From Gammaproteobacteria bacterium (GTDB lineage Bacteria; Pseudomonadota; Gammaproteobacteria; Pseudomonadales; Porticoccaceae): 54,882 bases of DNA. A model generated the notes under the pieces. The model was not told the DNA's origin and did not search any database. It was given only the letters and a program-made list of their open reading frames with translations. Shown piece by piece: positions 30,074 to 40,445 of this stretch. The position numbers and the translations under genes were made by a program. Numbering within the stretch: the first letter of the stretch is position 1; the number at the start of each line of letters is the position of its first letter. The DNA is taken from the NCBI GenBank assembly GCA_003645535.1, contig QNFP01000001.1:1-54882 (forward strand). The letters run 5' to 3'.

Positions 30074-30667
30074 TTATTTACTCAAATGATAAATCGCAGT
30101 CTCTGCAAACATATTAGGCCAAAACCGGCTAAGCTGCCGGTCGGGCCTGTGTCCCGTCACAGTTTCACGATGCAATATTTTGATCCCCTTTTCGCCACAA
30201 AGTGCCTCAAAGTCTTTTACGGTACAAAAATGAATATTGGGTGTGTCGTACCATTGGTGGGACAGCTGTTTGGTCACCGGCATTCGACCACGCACCATCA
30301 AATAGATGCGCGTACGAATATTGCCGAAGTTTGGAAAGGTGACGATACATTCCTTGCCAACGCGCAACATTTCATCTACGACCAGATCCGGGCGGTGCAA
30401 TACCTGCATGGAGTAAGTCATCAATACGGTATCAAAGCTTTTATTCTGGAAGTTTTCCAGCCCTTCGTTAATATTTTTTTCAATAACATTAACGCCACGC
30501 GCAATACAGGCGGTGATCTGCTCGGGGTCGATCTCAAGGCCGTAGCCCTCCGTGTGGCGATTTTCTTCAAGGCTTTTGAGTAGAGTGCCGTCACCGCAGC
30601 CAAGATCGAGCACCCTGCTGCTTAGCGGCACCCACTGCTGCAGTATGTCTAGATCAATACGCAGCAT
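30074..30667 (-). CDS. metW: Methionine biosynthesis protein MetW
   Basis: [28 protein letters not shown].... The start overlaps the metX stop (TGATG). Confidence 0.92.
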   Translation of the reverse strand: MLRIDLDILQQWVPLSSRVLDLGCGDGTLLKSLEENRHTEGYGLEIDPEQITACIARGVNVIEKNINEGLENFQNKSFDTVLMTYSMQVLHRPDLVVDEMLRVGKECIVTFPNFGNIRTRIYLMVRGRMPVTKQLSHQWYDTPNIHFCTVKDFEALCGEKGIKILHRETVTGHRPDRQLSRFWPNMFAETAIYHLSK

Positions 30668-31836
30668 CAGTCTCGCTCCTCTCCATTGACCATTTCTCTG
30701 GCTACGTTGTTCATATAGGTGCGGAATATTTGTTCATAACGCTCATTGGGTAGCAAAAAAGCATCATGCCCCATGTTCGATTGCACTTCGGTATACACCA
30801 CATCCCGATTCGCAGCGATCAGCGCATCGACGATTTCTCTTGAGCGCAGTGGTGCGAAGCGCCAGTCACTGGAAAATGACATGACAAGAAATTTGCACTG
30901 TGCATGCGCAAACGCCTGTACGGGATCATCGTTATGTTCTCTGGCAAGATCAAAGTAGTCGAGCACTTTGGTCATTAACAGGTAAGTGTTGGCGTCAAAG
31001 CTTTCGGCAAAACGATCGCCCTGGTGGCGCAAATAACTTTCCACCTGAAATTCTACCGGTGCTTCCAGGCCTCGCTGAAAAGAGCCGCTGCGCAGTTCCC
31101 GGCCAAACCGCAAGCCCATCAATTCGCCAGACAGATAGGTGATATGGCCAATCATACGTGCCAGTGCGAGGCCGTTTTTAGGAATGGTGCCCTTTTCCAG
31201 AAAGTCGCCATCAAAAAACTGTGCATCACTGCTGATAGCGCGACGGGCGATTTCGTTAAAAGCGATATTTTGAGCGGTCAGTTTCATCGCTGAGGCAATG
31301 ACAACACAGTGACGCACCCTTTGAGGGTGCTCGATGGCCCAGCGCATGGCAGTCATCCCCCCCAGGCTCCCACCAATGACAGCAGCCCATTGATCAATAC
31401 CTAATTCATCAGCCAGGCGGGCCTGACTGCTTACCCAGTCGCGTACCCGCAGCGGTGGGAAGTCTTTGCCCCAGGCTTTGCTGGTGGCCGGGTTAACCGA
31501 ACGCGGGCCGGTGCTGCCATGACAGCCGCCCAGATTATTAAGTGAGACGACAAAAAAATGGTTAGTATCAATCGGTTTACCAGGGCCAATATAGTCATCC
31601 CACCAGCCAGCTTTGATATCACTGGGCGAATGGTAGCCTGCGGCGTGATGGTTTCCGCTCAGCGCATGACAGATCAATACAGCGTTGGATTTCTTTTCGT
31701 TAAGTTCACCGTAAGTTTCAACGATTAAATGGTAATCACGAAGAGTGCGGCCACAGCTGAGCTCTATCGGTTCTTTGAATTGATAGAGCTGTGTTTCTAC
31801 CAGGCCGACAGAATTTTCAGGAAAAGAATCCGGCAT
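30667..31836 (-). CDS. metX: Homoserine O-acyltransferase (MetX family)
   Basis: From ATG 31836: [13 protein letters not shown].... [15 protein letters not shown] nucleophile elbow, and an alpha/beta hydrolase fold. The TTG at 31857 in the track is less likely. Confidence 0.93.
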   Translation of the reverse strand: MPDSFPENSVGLVETQLYQFKEPIELSCGRTLRDYHLIVETYGELNEKKSNAVLICHALSGNHHAAGYHSPSDIKAGWWDDYIGPGKPIDTNHFFVVSLNNLGGCHGSTGPRSVNPATSKAWGKDFPPLRVRDWVSSQARLADELGIDQWAAVIGGSLGGMTAMRWAIEHPQRVRHCVVIASAMKLTAQNIAFNEIARRAISSDAQFFDGDFLEKGTIPKNGLALARMIGHITYLSGELMGLRFGRELRSGSFQRGLEAPVEFQVESYLRHQGDRFAESFDANTYLLMTKVLDYFDLAREHNDDPVQAFAHAQCKFLVMSFSSDWRFAPLRSREIVDALIAANRDVVYTEVQSNMGHDAFLLPNERYEQIFRTYMNNVAREMVNGEERD

Positions 31837-31899
31837 TAGTGAGGTCGTTGTTAGCAAAGGCGTGGAGTCTAAAGAGACACGTCAAGCTTCGCAAGGCGA

Positions 31900-32190
31900 T
31901 TAGGCTCGGGCGATACTGGCTTGTTCCGGTAATTTTATCGGCATTGTAATAGCAATGGTTTTTTGTCGACTGGTCAGCCCTTTAATAAGCTCTACGCGGT
32001 TTTTTGGTACGCCAAATTGCGCGGCCAGGTATTTAACAAGACAACTGTTTGCTGCGCCTTCCGTGGCGACGGCGGAAATGCGAATTTTCAGACGTTCATT
32101 ATAAAGCCCTACAATAGCACTGTGCGCTGCATTAGGCTGTATGTGGCAATAAATCAACAGAGTATCCTGGCGCCAGCTGTAATGTCGCAT
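31900..32190 (-). CDS. yggU: DUF167 family protein YggU
   Basis: 96 aa, ...VQPNA..S.IVG..NERLKIRISA...EGAAN..L..YLA..FGV.K. Position next to yggT. Confidence 0.8.
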   Translation of the reverse strand: MRHYSWRQDTLLIYCHIQPNAAHSAIVGLYNERLKIRISAVATEGAANSCLVKYLAAQFGVPKNRVELIKGLTSRQKTIAITMPIKLPEQASIARA

Positions 32191-32202
32191 TAGGTGGGCC
32201 TG

Positions 32203-32793
32203 TTACATGACACCCGGTACAAAAAGGGGGGGTAGCTGAGCAGATACAGCTACGTTACGAACAAAAATACGCAACACATTAAGTAGCATAAACATAAGGA
32301 TAGGGGACAGATCCAGGCCACCTAGCGACGGTAATAGTTTGCGAAAAGGGATCATCACTGGATCCATCAATTGCCACATTAGTGCTACTGCAGGGTGACG
32401 GCTCTGTGGTGCCACCCAACTCAGCACGATAACTATCAATAAACCGTAAAAATAGATATTCAATAACATTGTAACCATACCAAGCGCCGACCAGGTCAAC
32501 AATGACAAAACAGGTAGCAATTGGCCGTTATAAACCATGGCTGAACCCTGTATAGCCACTATCTGCACCATCATCGCTAACACCAGGCTGGCGGTATTAA
32601 AATTATTGAACGCTGGAAACACTTTTTGTAATGGCGTAATCGGCTTCGCCGTCGCTTTTACAATGAATTGTGATATTGGGTTGTAAAAGTTTGCTTTGCA
32701 TACCTGCAGCAAAAAGCGCAGTAAAATAATAAGCAAATAAAAGCTCGCCAGCGCCTGAATTAAATAGATACTGATTTCAGTAAATGTACTCAT
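32203..32793 (-). CDS. yggT: YggT family membrane protein
   Basis: 196 aa with two repeated YggT-type hydrophobic modules. Between proC and yggU. Confidence 0.8.
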   Translation of the reverse strand: MSTFTEISIYLIQALASFYLLIILLRFLLQVCKANFYNPISQFIVKATAKPITPLQKVFPAFNNFNTASLVLAMMVQIVAIQGSAMVYNGQLLPVLSLLTWSALGMVTMLLNIYFYGLLIVIVLSWVAPQSRHPAVALMWQLMDPVMIPFRKLLPSLGGLDLSPILMFMLLNVLRIFVRNVAVSAQLPPLFVPGVM

Positions 32794-32807
32794 TGAGGGT
32801 TTCCTGT

Positions 32808-33635
32808 TTAAAGTGCTTCTTCAGCCATTTCTACCGCCCGCTGACAGGCGGCCTGTATGGCCTGTTCAAATACCTCCGGCAGGCCGCCGGCTATTAATGC
32901 ATTGACTGCACGTTCAGTGGTGCCGCCGGGAGAGGTGACTCGGCGTCGTAATTCTGCCGGCTCAAACTGACCCTGGGCAGCCATGGCCGCAGCGCCGAGA
33001 GCCGTTTGCACCGTCAGCTGACGAGCTACATCTCGATTTAGCCCCAGTTTGACACCGGCATCCTCCATGGCTTCCATAACCAGAAAAAAGTAGGCGGGGC
33101 CGCTACCGGAAAGTGCCGTCACACTATCAATATCCGCTTCTGAGTCAAACCAGCTCACGGTGCCTACGGCTGAGATGATGTCTTCGGCCAGTGAACACTG
33201 CTCGCGAGTCACTTGCGGCGAGGCGAATAGCCCGGCAGCGCCTTTTCGCAGCAAAGCGGGCGTGTTAGGCATGCAGCGCACGATGGGCACATCACCTGTA
33301 AACCAGGTTTGCAATGCAGCGACCGGGATCCCCGCAGCAATGGAGATGACCAGGGGCTGGCGTGCCATATTGTGTGTCATGGTAGCAGCCAGGCCGGTGA
33401 CGACCGTATTCATCAATTGCGGTTTAACGGCAAGTATTACCACGTCAGCTTCGACAGCCATATTATTGTCTGCATAAATTGCAATGTGGTATTGCTCTTC
33501 CAGCTGTTGTCGGGAAGCGGCTGCGGGATCACATGCAACGATGGACTCTAGCGGATAACCCTGTTCAAGCAGACCGCCAATGAGACTGCTCGCCATGTTT
33601 CCGCCGCCTATAAAAACTAATTTTGGCTTACTCAT
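32808..33635 (-). CDS. proC: Pyrroline-5-carboxylate reductase
   Basis: From ATG 33635 (AGGAG 7 nt upstream): MSKPKLVFIGGGNMASSLIGGL.... C-terminal SPGGTTE motif. Confidence 0.95.
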   Translation of the reverse strand: MSKPKLVFIGGGNMASSLIGGLLEQGYPLESIVACDPAAASRQQLEEQYHIAIYADNNMAVEADVVILAVKPQLMNTVVTGLAATMTHNMARQPLVISIAAGIPVAALQTWFTGDVPIVRCMPNTPALLRKGAAGLFASPQVTREQCSLAEDIISAVGTVSWFDSEADIDSVTALSGSGPAYFFLVMEAMEDAGVKLGLNRDVARQLTVQTALGAAAMAAQGQFEPAELRRRVTSPGGTTERAVNALIAGGLPEVFEQAIQAACQRAVEMAEEAL

Positions 33636-33708
33636 TATCAATCTCCTGAGAATTTACTGCTACCGCCGAATTGTGTAGTTTGTGTCGTCATACACAAGGC
33701 ATTTTATC

Positions 33709-34419
33709 TTATTCCTTTAATGCCCTGGTTTGTCGCGGACCGAAAATCCCCGTACCAATGCGTACAATGGTAGCCCCTTCATGAATAGCGGCCGCCCAGT
33801 CGTTTGACATACCCATAGAGAGAGTATCTAAAGACTCGAACTGCGGAATATTGCTTTTAAGCTCTTCTAGCAGCTGTGCGACGCGTCGAAAAGGTTGCCT
33901 CTCCGCCGCGAAACCTGTCCTGGGCCTCGGCAGCACCATCAGACCACGCAGGCGAAGATTGGGTAATTCGCAGATGGTGTTTGCCAGGTCTAAAATAGCG
34001 TGGGGTTCGACACCGGATTTACCGGCTTCGCTGTCAATATTAACCTGGATGCAGATGTTTAACGGTTGCGCTACACCTTGCCGGTGCTCACTGAGACGGG
34101 TGGCAACGCGTATGCGATCGACAGTATGTACCCAACTGAAATGCCTGGCAATATCTTTGGTTTTATTGCTCTGCACTGGTCCGATAAAATGCCACTCCGG
34201 GTTGATATCGGATAATGTAGTGATTTTTTCAAGAGCTTCCTGGAGGTAATTCTCACCAAAACATTGAATGCCGGCATGCCAGGCCGCTAACAATTTTTCG
34301 GCACCTTGCCCCTTACTTACTGCCAAAACTTTGACCGTATCGCTGTTTCTATGAGAATTTATGCTAAATTCCTCCAGTAACACTTTGATTTGGCGTATAT
34401 TATTGGCTATATTGTCCAT
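33709..34419 (-). CDS. yggS: YggS-family pyridoxal-phosphate homeostasis protein
   Basis: VKVLAVSKGQ (PLP lysine), FGENYLQE, WHFIGPVQSNK, LSMGMS.D...AI..G.T.VRIG..IFG. Confidence 0.92.
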   Translation of the reverse strand: MDNIANNIRQIKVLLEEFSINSHRNSDTVKVLAVSKGQGAEKLLAAWHAGIQCFGENYLQEALEKITTLSDINPEWHFIGPVQSNKTKDIARHFSWVHTVDRIRVATRLSEHRQGVAQPLNICIQVNIDSEAGKSGVEPHAILDLANTICELPNLRLRGLMVLPRPRTGFAAERQPFRRVAQLLEELKSNIPQFESLDTLSMGMSNDWAAAIHEGATIVRIGTGIFGPRQTRALKE

Positions 34420-34479
34420 CTATACAGGGCACTCTATGTTGCTATCGCGGCAGGTTATCAATTATTACAGGGTTTGGTA

Positions 34480-35517
34480 ATGGATATAACAGAACTATTG
34501 GCTTTCAGCGCTAAGCAGGGCGCTTCGGATTTGCACTTGTCGGCGGGTATGCCGCCACTAATTCGAGTTGATGGCGACGTACGTAGGGTTAATCTACCCC
34601 CCCTCGAGCATAAGCAGGTCCATAGCCTGATTTACGAAATCATGAACGACAAACAACGTCGTGATTACGAAGAATTCCTGGAAACCGATTTTTCCTTCGA
34701 AGTGCCAGGCGTTGCCCGTTTTCGCGTCAATGCTTTCAATCAGAACAGGGGAGCTGCTGGCGTTTTTCGTACTATCCCATCCCGCGTGTTAACGCTTGAA
34801 GATCTCGGCTTCGGTCAGATTTTTAGAGACATATCCATGTTGCCACGGGGCCTGGTGCTAGTGACCGGACCAACCGGATCGGGCAAAAGTACCACACTGG
34901 CAGCGATGGTTGACCACGTTAACGATAACCGGTACCAGCATATCCTCACCATCGAGGATCCTATTGAGTTTGTCCACGAGAGCAAAAAATGTCTGGTTAA
35001 TCAACGGGAAGTTCACAAGGATACTCACGGTTTCGGCGAGGCTCTCAGGTCGGCGCTGCGAGAAGATCCGGATATTATCCTGGTCGGCGAAATGCGTGAT
35101 CTGGAGACCATTCGTCTGGCACTGACTGCAGCTGAAACCGGACATTTGGTATTCGGCACCTTGCACACGACTTCGGCCGCAAAAACCATTGACCGGGTGA
35201 TCGATGTATTCCCGGCGGCGGAAAAAGATATGGTGCGTGCAATGTTGTCAGAATCATTGCAGGCGGTTTTAGCACAGACTTTGATGAAAAAAATTGGTGG
35301 TGGGCGAATCGCCTCCAACGAAATCATGATTGGTACGCCGGCTATTCGCAACCTGATTCGCGAGGATAAGGTCGCGCAAATGTATTCAGCGATCCAGACT
35401 GGCGCCGGTCATGGTATGCAGACCATGGATCAATGTCTGCAAAAAATGGTAACGCAGAAACTTATAACTAATGAAGCGGCACGCGAGAAAGCAAAAATAC
35501 CTGAAGATTTTGCGTAA
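34480..35517 (+). CDS. pilT: Type IV pilus retraction ATPase PilT
   Basis: 345 aa from ATG 34480: MDITELLAFSAKQGASDLHLSAGMPPLIRVDG..., Walker A GPTGSGKST, AIRNLIRE. The 30 N-terminal residues of the track ORF overlap yggS and are spurious. Confidence 0.95.
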   Translation: MDITELLAFSAKQGASDLHLSAGMPPLIRVDGDVRRVNLPPLEHKQVHSLIYEIMNDKQRRDYEEFLETDFSFEVPGVARFRVNAFNQNRGAAGVFRTIPSRVLTLEDLGFGQIFRDISMLPRGLVLVTGPTGSGKSTTLAAMVDHVNDNRYQHILTIEDPIEFVHESKKCLVNQREVHKDTHGFGEALRSALREDPDIILVGEMRDLETIRLALTAAETGHLVFGTLHTTSAAKTIDRVIDVFPAAEKDMVRAMLSESLQAVLAQTLMKKIGGGRIASNEIMIGTPAIRNLIREDKVAQMYSAIQTGAGHGMQTMDQCLQKMVTQKLITNEAAREKAKIPEDFA

Positions 35518-35590
35518 CTTTTGCGTAACTTATGCATAGTTAAGGCACCTCAAACCCTGGGGTTAGAGGCAACCAGAGGAGATACAGATC

Positions 35591-36745
35591 GTGGAATTTG
35601 ATAGTTTATTGCGGCTAATGGTAGAAAAGGAGGCCTCTGATCTGTTCATTACTGACGGCATTCCTCCTTCGATCAAAGTTAATGGCAAAGTGATACCGGT
35701 GGGGAAAAAGCCACTGGATGGTCAGCAGGCCCGTGAGCTGGTTGAAGGTGTTATGGATGAAAAACAACGGCAGGAATTTCATCAGCATAAGGAACTTAAC
35801 TTCGCCATTGCTTCGGATCGGGTAGAGGGTTCCCGCTTTCGAGTCAGCGCTTTTTATCAGCGCAACGAAGTCGGCATGGTGTTGCGACGCATTGAAATGA
35901 AAATTCCGACCGTTGAACAATTATTGCTGCCGCGGACACTCAATGAGCTGGTGATGGAAAAACGCGGCATTATTATCTTTGTCGGCGCGACAGGCACCGG
36001 TAAATCGACTTCATTGGCGGCCATGGTTGGTCATCGCAACCGTAACAGCCACGGGCATATAATCTCCGTGGAAGACCCCATTGAATTCATCCATCAACAC
36101 GAAGGATGCATTATTACCCAGCGTGAAGTGGGCATTGATACGGAGTCTTTCGACGTGGCGTTGCGTAATACCCTGCGACAGGCGCCCGATGTGATTTTGA
36201 TCGGTGAGATACGCACCCAGGAAACCATGTCAAATGCCATTACCTTTGCCGAAACAGGTCACCTGGTACTCGCTACTTTACACGCAAATAACGCCAACCA
36301 GGCGCTGGATCGGATTCAACACTTCTTCCCGGCCGAAGCTCACACCCAGTTATGGATGGATCTATCGTTGAACCTGAAAGCCATGATTGCACAGCAGCTG
36401 ATTCCAACAGCGGATGGAAAGGGACGGCGCGCTGCGATTGAAATTCTTATTAACACTCCGCTGGCATCTGATTTGATTCGCAAGGGCGAGGTACACAAGC
36501 TGAAGGAGTTGATGACGCGTTCCACGGAACAGGGCATGCAGACTTTCGATCAGGCACTTTACCGCCTGTATGATGAAGGTGTGATTACTTATGAGGACGC
36601 TATCGCTGCCGCAGACTCTAAAAATGACCTGCGCCTGCTGATCAAGCTCCAATCAGAGACCGACGTCGGTTATCTAGATAGTGCTGCTGATGAGCTCACC
36701 GTGAAGGAGCATGAAGAAGACAGCTTCAGACTGTTTCACCGCTAA
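35591..36745 (+). CDS. pilU: Type IV pilus ATPase PilU
   Basis: GTG start. MEFDSLLRLMVEKEASDLFIT.GIPPSIKVNG..., GATGTGKST. PilT paralog directly downstream of pilT. Confidence 0.9.
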   Translation: MEFDSLLRLMVEKEASDLFITDGIPPSIKVNGKVIPVGKKPLDGQQARELVEGVMDEKQRQEFHQHKELNFAIASDRVEGSRFRVSAFYQRNEVGMVLRRIEMKIPTVEQLLLPRTLNELVMEKRGIIIFVGATGTGKSTSLAAMVGHRNRNSHGHIISVEDPIEFIHQHEGCIITQREVGIDTESFDVALRNTLRQAPDVILIGEIRTQETMSNAITFAETGHLVLATLHANNANQALDRIQHFFPAEAHTQLWMDLSLNLKAMIAQQLIPTADGKGRRAAIEILINTPLASDLIRKGEVHKLKELMTRSTEQGMQTFDQALYRLYDEGVITYEDAIAAADSKNDLRLLIKLQSETDVGYLDSAADELTVKEHEEDSFRLFHR

Positions 36746-36818
36746 TGAATTGATCAACGATTGATTAGTGCCAGTCCCTTTATTACTGGGGTTATCACGG
36801 GGATTAAGGTAGTTTGGC

Positions 36819-37286
36819 TTAGGGATTGATGGCAAGGTCTGGTTGCTGTAGCCAGCTCTGCAGAATCAGGCAAGCTGCCAAAGCATCGACGGGGGATTGG
36901 CGATAATCTCCCGTGGGTTGCTTTGATTTAGCTTCCATAGATTTAGCTTCAATAGTAGATAGACGTTCGTCGAACATTAAAACTTTGCAACCACTACGTC
37001 CCCGTAAGCGTCGCGCAAACTTACGTGCGCGGGCGCAGAACTCGCTTTCAGAACCATCGATATTCAATGGCAGGCCCACAATTAGCAAACCTGGCTGCCA
37101 ATCATCAATATGCTTAAGGACTTGCGGCCAGTGTGGCTTACCGTCTTTAGCACGGAGCACCGTAAGCGGGCGGGCGCTAACAGTGAGTGTTTGGCCCACC
37201 GCCATACCGATATTGCGTGTGCCAAAATCAAACGCCAGCACCGTAACAGGTGCAGCAGCTAAAGGTTTCTCAGGCGTGCCCGGCAC
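36819..37286 (-). CDS. ruvX: Holliday-junction-resolvase-like / pre-16S rRNA nuclease RuvX (YqgF)
   Basis: LAFDFGTRNIGMAVG..., LIVGLPLN.DGSE, DERLST. GTG at 37286 overlaps yqgE by 17 nt. An internal GTG at 37241 is an alternative start. Confidence 0.88.
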   Translation of the reverse strand: MPGTPEKPLAAAPVTVLAFDFGTRNIGMAVGQTLTVSARPLTVLRAKDGKPHWPQVLKHIDDWQPGLLIVGLPLNIDGSESEFCARARKFARRLRGRSGCKVLMFDERLSTIEAKSMEAKSKQPTGDYRQSPVDALAACLILQSWLQQPDLAINP

Positions 37287-37857
37287 TGCTGCTTAGTTGG
37301 TTCAAATCTATGCCGATTCGGGCAGCGGCCAGGCTGGCGCGATTATCGAAGGGTGTTTCAAACAGAAACTCGGTATCAGCAGGAGCGGTTAGCCACGCAT
37401 TGTCGAGCAATTCCTGTTCTAGTTGCCCCTCGCCCCAGCCAGCGTAACCGAGCACAATCAGTGCGTCCTGTGGACCCTCATCAGCTGCAATTGCCTCAAT
37501 AATGTCCCGCGAGGCCGTTAGGCTAACCTGATCGCTGACCGACACTGTCGACTGCCATTTCTTGTCCGTATTGCGGTGCAGTATAAAGCCACGCTCCTGT
37601 TGTACAGGGCCTCCTAGTAATAACGGATGTCCACTTAGTTTCTCGGGGTATGACAAGCCAAACTGCTCAAAAATCTGTGTCAACGGAACGTCCAATGGCC
37701 GGTTTATCACCAGACCCATTGCGCCATCAGGGGTATGTTCGCAAATATAGATGACTGAATGAGCAAAGCCCGAACCTGCGAGGCCAGGCATAGCGATAAG
37801 CAACTGTCCGCGCAAATGATGAAATGTATCACCCTTGCGCGATTCGAGTTTGTCCAT
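37270..37857 (-). CDS. yqgE: YqgE/AlgH family protein
   Basis: LRGQLLIAMPGL....F..SVIYICEH...GAMGLVINRP..., GGPV...RGF.LH, and a GYAGWG.GQLE.E motif. Confidence 0.9.
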   Translation of the reverse strand: MDKLESRKGDTFHHLRGQLLIAMPGLAGSGFAHSVIYICEHTPDGAMGLVINRPLDVPLTQIFEQFGLSYPEKLSGHPLLLGGPVQQERGFILHRNTDKKWQSTVSVSDQVSLTASRDIIEAIAADEGPQDALIVLGYAGWGEGQLEQELLDNAWLTAPADTEFLFETPFDNRASLAAARIGIDLNQLSSSAGHA

Positions 37858-37897
37858 ACTTCTAGTATTGTGGGTAGATCAGCAAATTACAAGGCGG

Positions 37898-38785
37898 TTA
37901 TTGCCAGCGGGTTCGCAAACGATTATCCGGAGAAAACCGCCAGGTTTGAATGATCTCGATTTTGTCCCACTGCCTCATTTCTTTTGGAAAAGAGGCGAAG
38001 GGGGAGGCTCTGCGCACAGTTTCAACGGCCGCCTGGTCAAGTATACGGTGTTTTGACGCGAGCAGGATTTCTACGCTTTCAACTGATCCATCAGGCAGCA
38101 CGGTAACAGCCAGGCGGAGTTCACCAAAAAGCTTGCGACGTCGGGCCTCCTCAGGGTAATGGGTGTTGCCGGCGAGCTCTACTTTATCCACCCAGTATTT
38201 AAGGTAGGCAGCGTGGTCAGCCTGGCGAGTGCTAGCAGAAGTGAGACGAAGTATGTCAGGAAGCTTACTGTAGGCCTGTTTTTGCGTGTCAAGTTGTGCC
38301 TGTAGGCTGCTAAACTCCTTTATCAGCGCTGGGGGGATTTCCTTGTCGATACTGGTAGATTCATGCTCCCCGTTTTCTGCAACCTGTTGTTTTACAAGGC
38401 GACTGGCCTGTTCAGAGGTGATAATTCGCTCCGCGAGATCCGACACAGTCTGCTCAACATGAGTCGGCAGCAATGGGTCTGTGTCGCGCAATACGTCCGC
38501 GGAGTAATCAGCCAGTTGGTCCGTGGTAATCTCATTTTTATTGTCGGTAATATTGCCGCTACCCTGTTGATTAGCCTGGGCAATATAGTCGGCATCTTCT
38601 ATATCTTCACCGGTAGGATGCTGGGCGAGCGTAACGTCCAGGCCGGTGGTGGCTGGTTGCGGTTTCAGAAAGTTAAAACCAATGCCAAAGATAACCAGGC
38701 TGTGGAGTGCAAGGGCAAGAAAAAAAGCAAAGCCGAGGCGGTCATAACCCTGGTGCGGATCCGCTGCTGGAAAGTGCACTTCCAT
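37898..38785 (-). CDS. tonB3: TonB-family protein (TonB3-like, adjacent to gshB and the pil-chp locus)
   Basis: N-terminal TM anchor (FAFFLALALHSLVIFGIGF) and a C-terminal TonB-type domain (...YPEEARRRKLFGELRLAVTVLPDGSVESVEIL.SS....LDQAAVETVRRA.PF). Same position as tonB3 in P. aeruginosa. Confidence 0.75.
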   Translation of the reverse strand: MEVHFPAADPHQGYDRLGFAFFLALALHSLVIFGIGFNFLKPQPATTGLDVTLAQHPTGEDIEDADYIAQANQQGSGNITDNKNEITTDQLADYSADVLRDTDPLLPTHVEQTVSDLAERIITSEQASRLVKQQVAENGEHESTSIDKEIPPALIKEFSSLQAQLDTQKQAYSKLPDILRLTSASTRQADHAAYLKYWVDKVELAGNTHYPEEARRRKLFGELRLAVTVLPDGSVESVEILLASKHRILDQAAVETVRRASPFASFPKEMRQWDKIEIIQTWRFSPDNRLRTRWQ

Positions 38786-39741
38786 TATGGTCGGCGGTCG
38801 AGCCGGTGCTTGATGGCAGTCATAAGTCTTTCGCCGATAGCAGTATTTTGTTCGCGATCAATTTCTCGCGCGCAGGTTGGGCTGGTGACATTTATTTCTG
38901 TCAGGTACTCGCCAATTACATCGAGGCCAACAAATAACAGACCTTTTTCACGGAGGTGTGGTGATACCTGCTCCGCTATCCAGCGATCTTTCGCACTAAG
39001 CGCCTGAACAATACCTGTGCCGCCCGCAGCAAGGTTGCCACGGCTTTCACCGGCCGCCGGGACCCTCGCCAGGCACCAGGGAACAGGTTCGCCATCGACA
39101 ACCAAAATACGTTTGTCACCCTGTGCAATTTCAGGGATAAAACGTTGGGCCATAATAGTCTGCGAGCCGTACTCGGTCAGCGTTTCCAGGATGACATTGA
39201 GGTTAGAGTCTCCTTCGCGGACACGAAAAATTCCTGTACCCCCCATACCGTCAAGTGGCTTGAATATCACGTCTTTATGTAGCTCGTAAAAGGCGCGTAG
39301 CCGCTGAGAAGCCCTGCTGACCAGCACAGGCGGGGTACATTGCGGGAATTGTGTGGCAAATATTTTTTCATTGCAGTCGCGCAGGCTCTGCGCCCGATTG
39401 ACCACCAGTACCCCCTGTCTTTCAGCCGCCTCAAGAATATAGGTTGCATAAATAAACTCGCTGTCAAATGGGGGGTCTTTACGCATCAGTATGCAATCGA
39501 GATCAGCAAGCGGCGCATCAACGGAGCTGCCAAATTCATACCAATGTTCTTCAGAGTTGAAAACTTTGAGCGGCGTTTGTCGGGCTACTGGCACGCCATC
39601 GACAAGAGCAAGATCAGACATCTCCATATATGAGAGCGACCAACCTTCAGCCTGAGCAGCCATAAGCAGAGCTAATGTAGTGTCTTTTTTGAAATTAATG
39701 GCGTCTATGGGATCCATAATAACGCCAACCGTAATTGTCAT
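38785..39741 (-). CDS. gshB: Glutathione synthetase
   Basis: MTITVGVIMDPIDAINFKKDTTLALL.AAQ.. and an ATP-grasp C-terminus (FKPLDGMGG.GIFR, IGLDVIG.YLTEINVTSPT). Confidence 0.95.
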   Translation of the reverse strand: MTITVGVIMDPIDAINFKKDTTLALLMAAQAEGWSLSYMEMSDLALVDGVPVARQTPLKVFNSEEHWYEFGSSVDAPLADLDCILMRKDPPFDSEFIYATYILEAAERQGVLVVNRAQSLRDCNEKIFATQFPQCTPPVLVSRASQRLRAFYELHKDVIFKPLDGMGGTGIFRVREGDSNLNVILETLTEYGSQTIMAQRFIPEIAQGDKRILVVDGEPVPWCLARVPAAGESRGNLAAGGTGIVQALSAKDRWIAEQVSPHLREKGLLFVGLDVIGEYLTEINVTSPTCAREIDREQNTAIGERLMTAIKHRLDRRP

Positions 39742-39978
39742 GAGTGCACCTTATATTAGTGTATCTGAGCTGGCCAGGGATCGACCTAGTTTTGCACTAG
39801 CACCGATCCATATACGTTACGGGTTAGGCCGCCGACTAGCAACAATTTGTTGTTATTTTGAGACATAATTACTCTTAAAATCTGTCTGTTATGGATAATA
39901 TGTAAATAATATGTTAAAAGTTCACAGGTATATGGAGTGGATACATGCCGCTGACACAAATTACGGACCGAGGTGGGT

Positions 39979-40389
39979 ATGACAGCCAGCTTTGAAGCGA
40001 TGAAGATCATGGTTATTGATGACAGCAATACTATCCGGCGTACTGCTGAAACGCTGCTGTCCAAAGCGGGTTGTGAGGTTACTACTGCTGTAGACGGCTT
40101 TGACTCCCTGGCAAAAATTGCCGACACCGAACCTGATATTATTTTTGTAGACATTATGATGCCGCGTCTTGATGGCTATCAAACCTGTGCACTGATAAAG
40201 AATAATAAACAGTTTAAAGATACCCCGGTCATCATGCTGTCCAGTAAAGATGGTCTGTTTGATAAAGCCAAAGGGCGAATCGTAGGGGCTGATGAATATC
40301 TGACCAAACCGTTTAGTAAAAACGAATTGTTTAGCGTATTAGAAAAATTTGTCGCAAACAGGGAAAGTGGGGAAGAGATCACTTCCTGA
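39979..40389 (+). CDS. pilG: Twitching-motility response regulator PilG (CheY-like)
   Basis: From ATG 39979 (GAGG 6 nt upstream): ...KIMVIDDSNTIRRTAETLLSKAGCEVTTAVDGFDSLAKIADTEPDIIFVDIMMPRLDGYQTCALIKNN, nearly collinear with P. aeruginosa PilG as I recall it. Confidence 0.93.
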   Translation: MTASFEAMKIMVIDDSNTIRRTAETLLSKAGCEVTTAVDGFDSLAKIADTEPDIIFVDIMMPRLDGYQTCALIKNNKQFKDTPVIMLSSKDGLFDKAKGRIVGADEYLTKPFSKNELFSVLEKFVANRESGEEITS

Positions 40390-40445
40390 GCATCGCAGGA
40401 CATTTAAAATAGTTTTGCGCGAACTACAGGTTCAGAGAACAAATA

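Noticed and set aside
30056-30583. 175-aa plus-strand ORF almost fully antisense to metW. Similar long antisense ORFs occur at 1129-1572 (pgk), 18529-18975 (HMGCS-like gene), 21249-21662 (rho), 29621-29983 (DUF4426 gene), 36913-37296 (ruvX) and 38363-39007 (tonB3/gshB).
   Set aside because: The opposite strand in every case encodes a protein with unmistakable family motifs. The antisense translations are low-complexity (Arg/Ser/Cys/Pro-rich) with no SD or recognisable motif. They are typical shadow ORFs.
421-35517. Long N-terminal extensions in track ORFs: pgk 1585-1680, tkt 4627-4716, acyl-CoA DH 11642-11746, FKBP 13114-13233, trxA 22564-22638, metX 31837-31857, proC 33636-33641, pilT 34390-34479.
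   Set aside because: In each case an internal ATG or GTG with a recognisable SD gives the conserved family N-terminus. The extra residues overlap a neighbouring gene or look non-protein-like. They are treated as ORF-caller artefacts, not as novel domains or gene overlaps.
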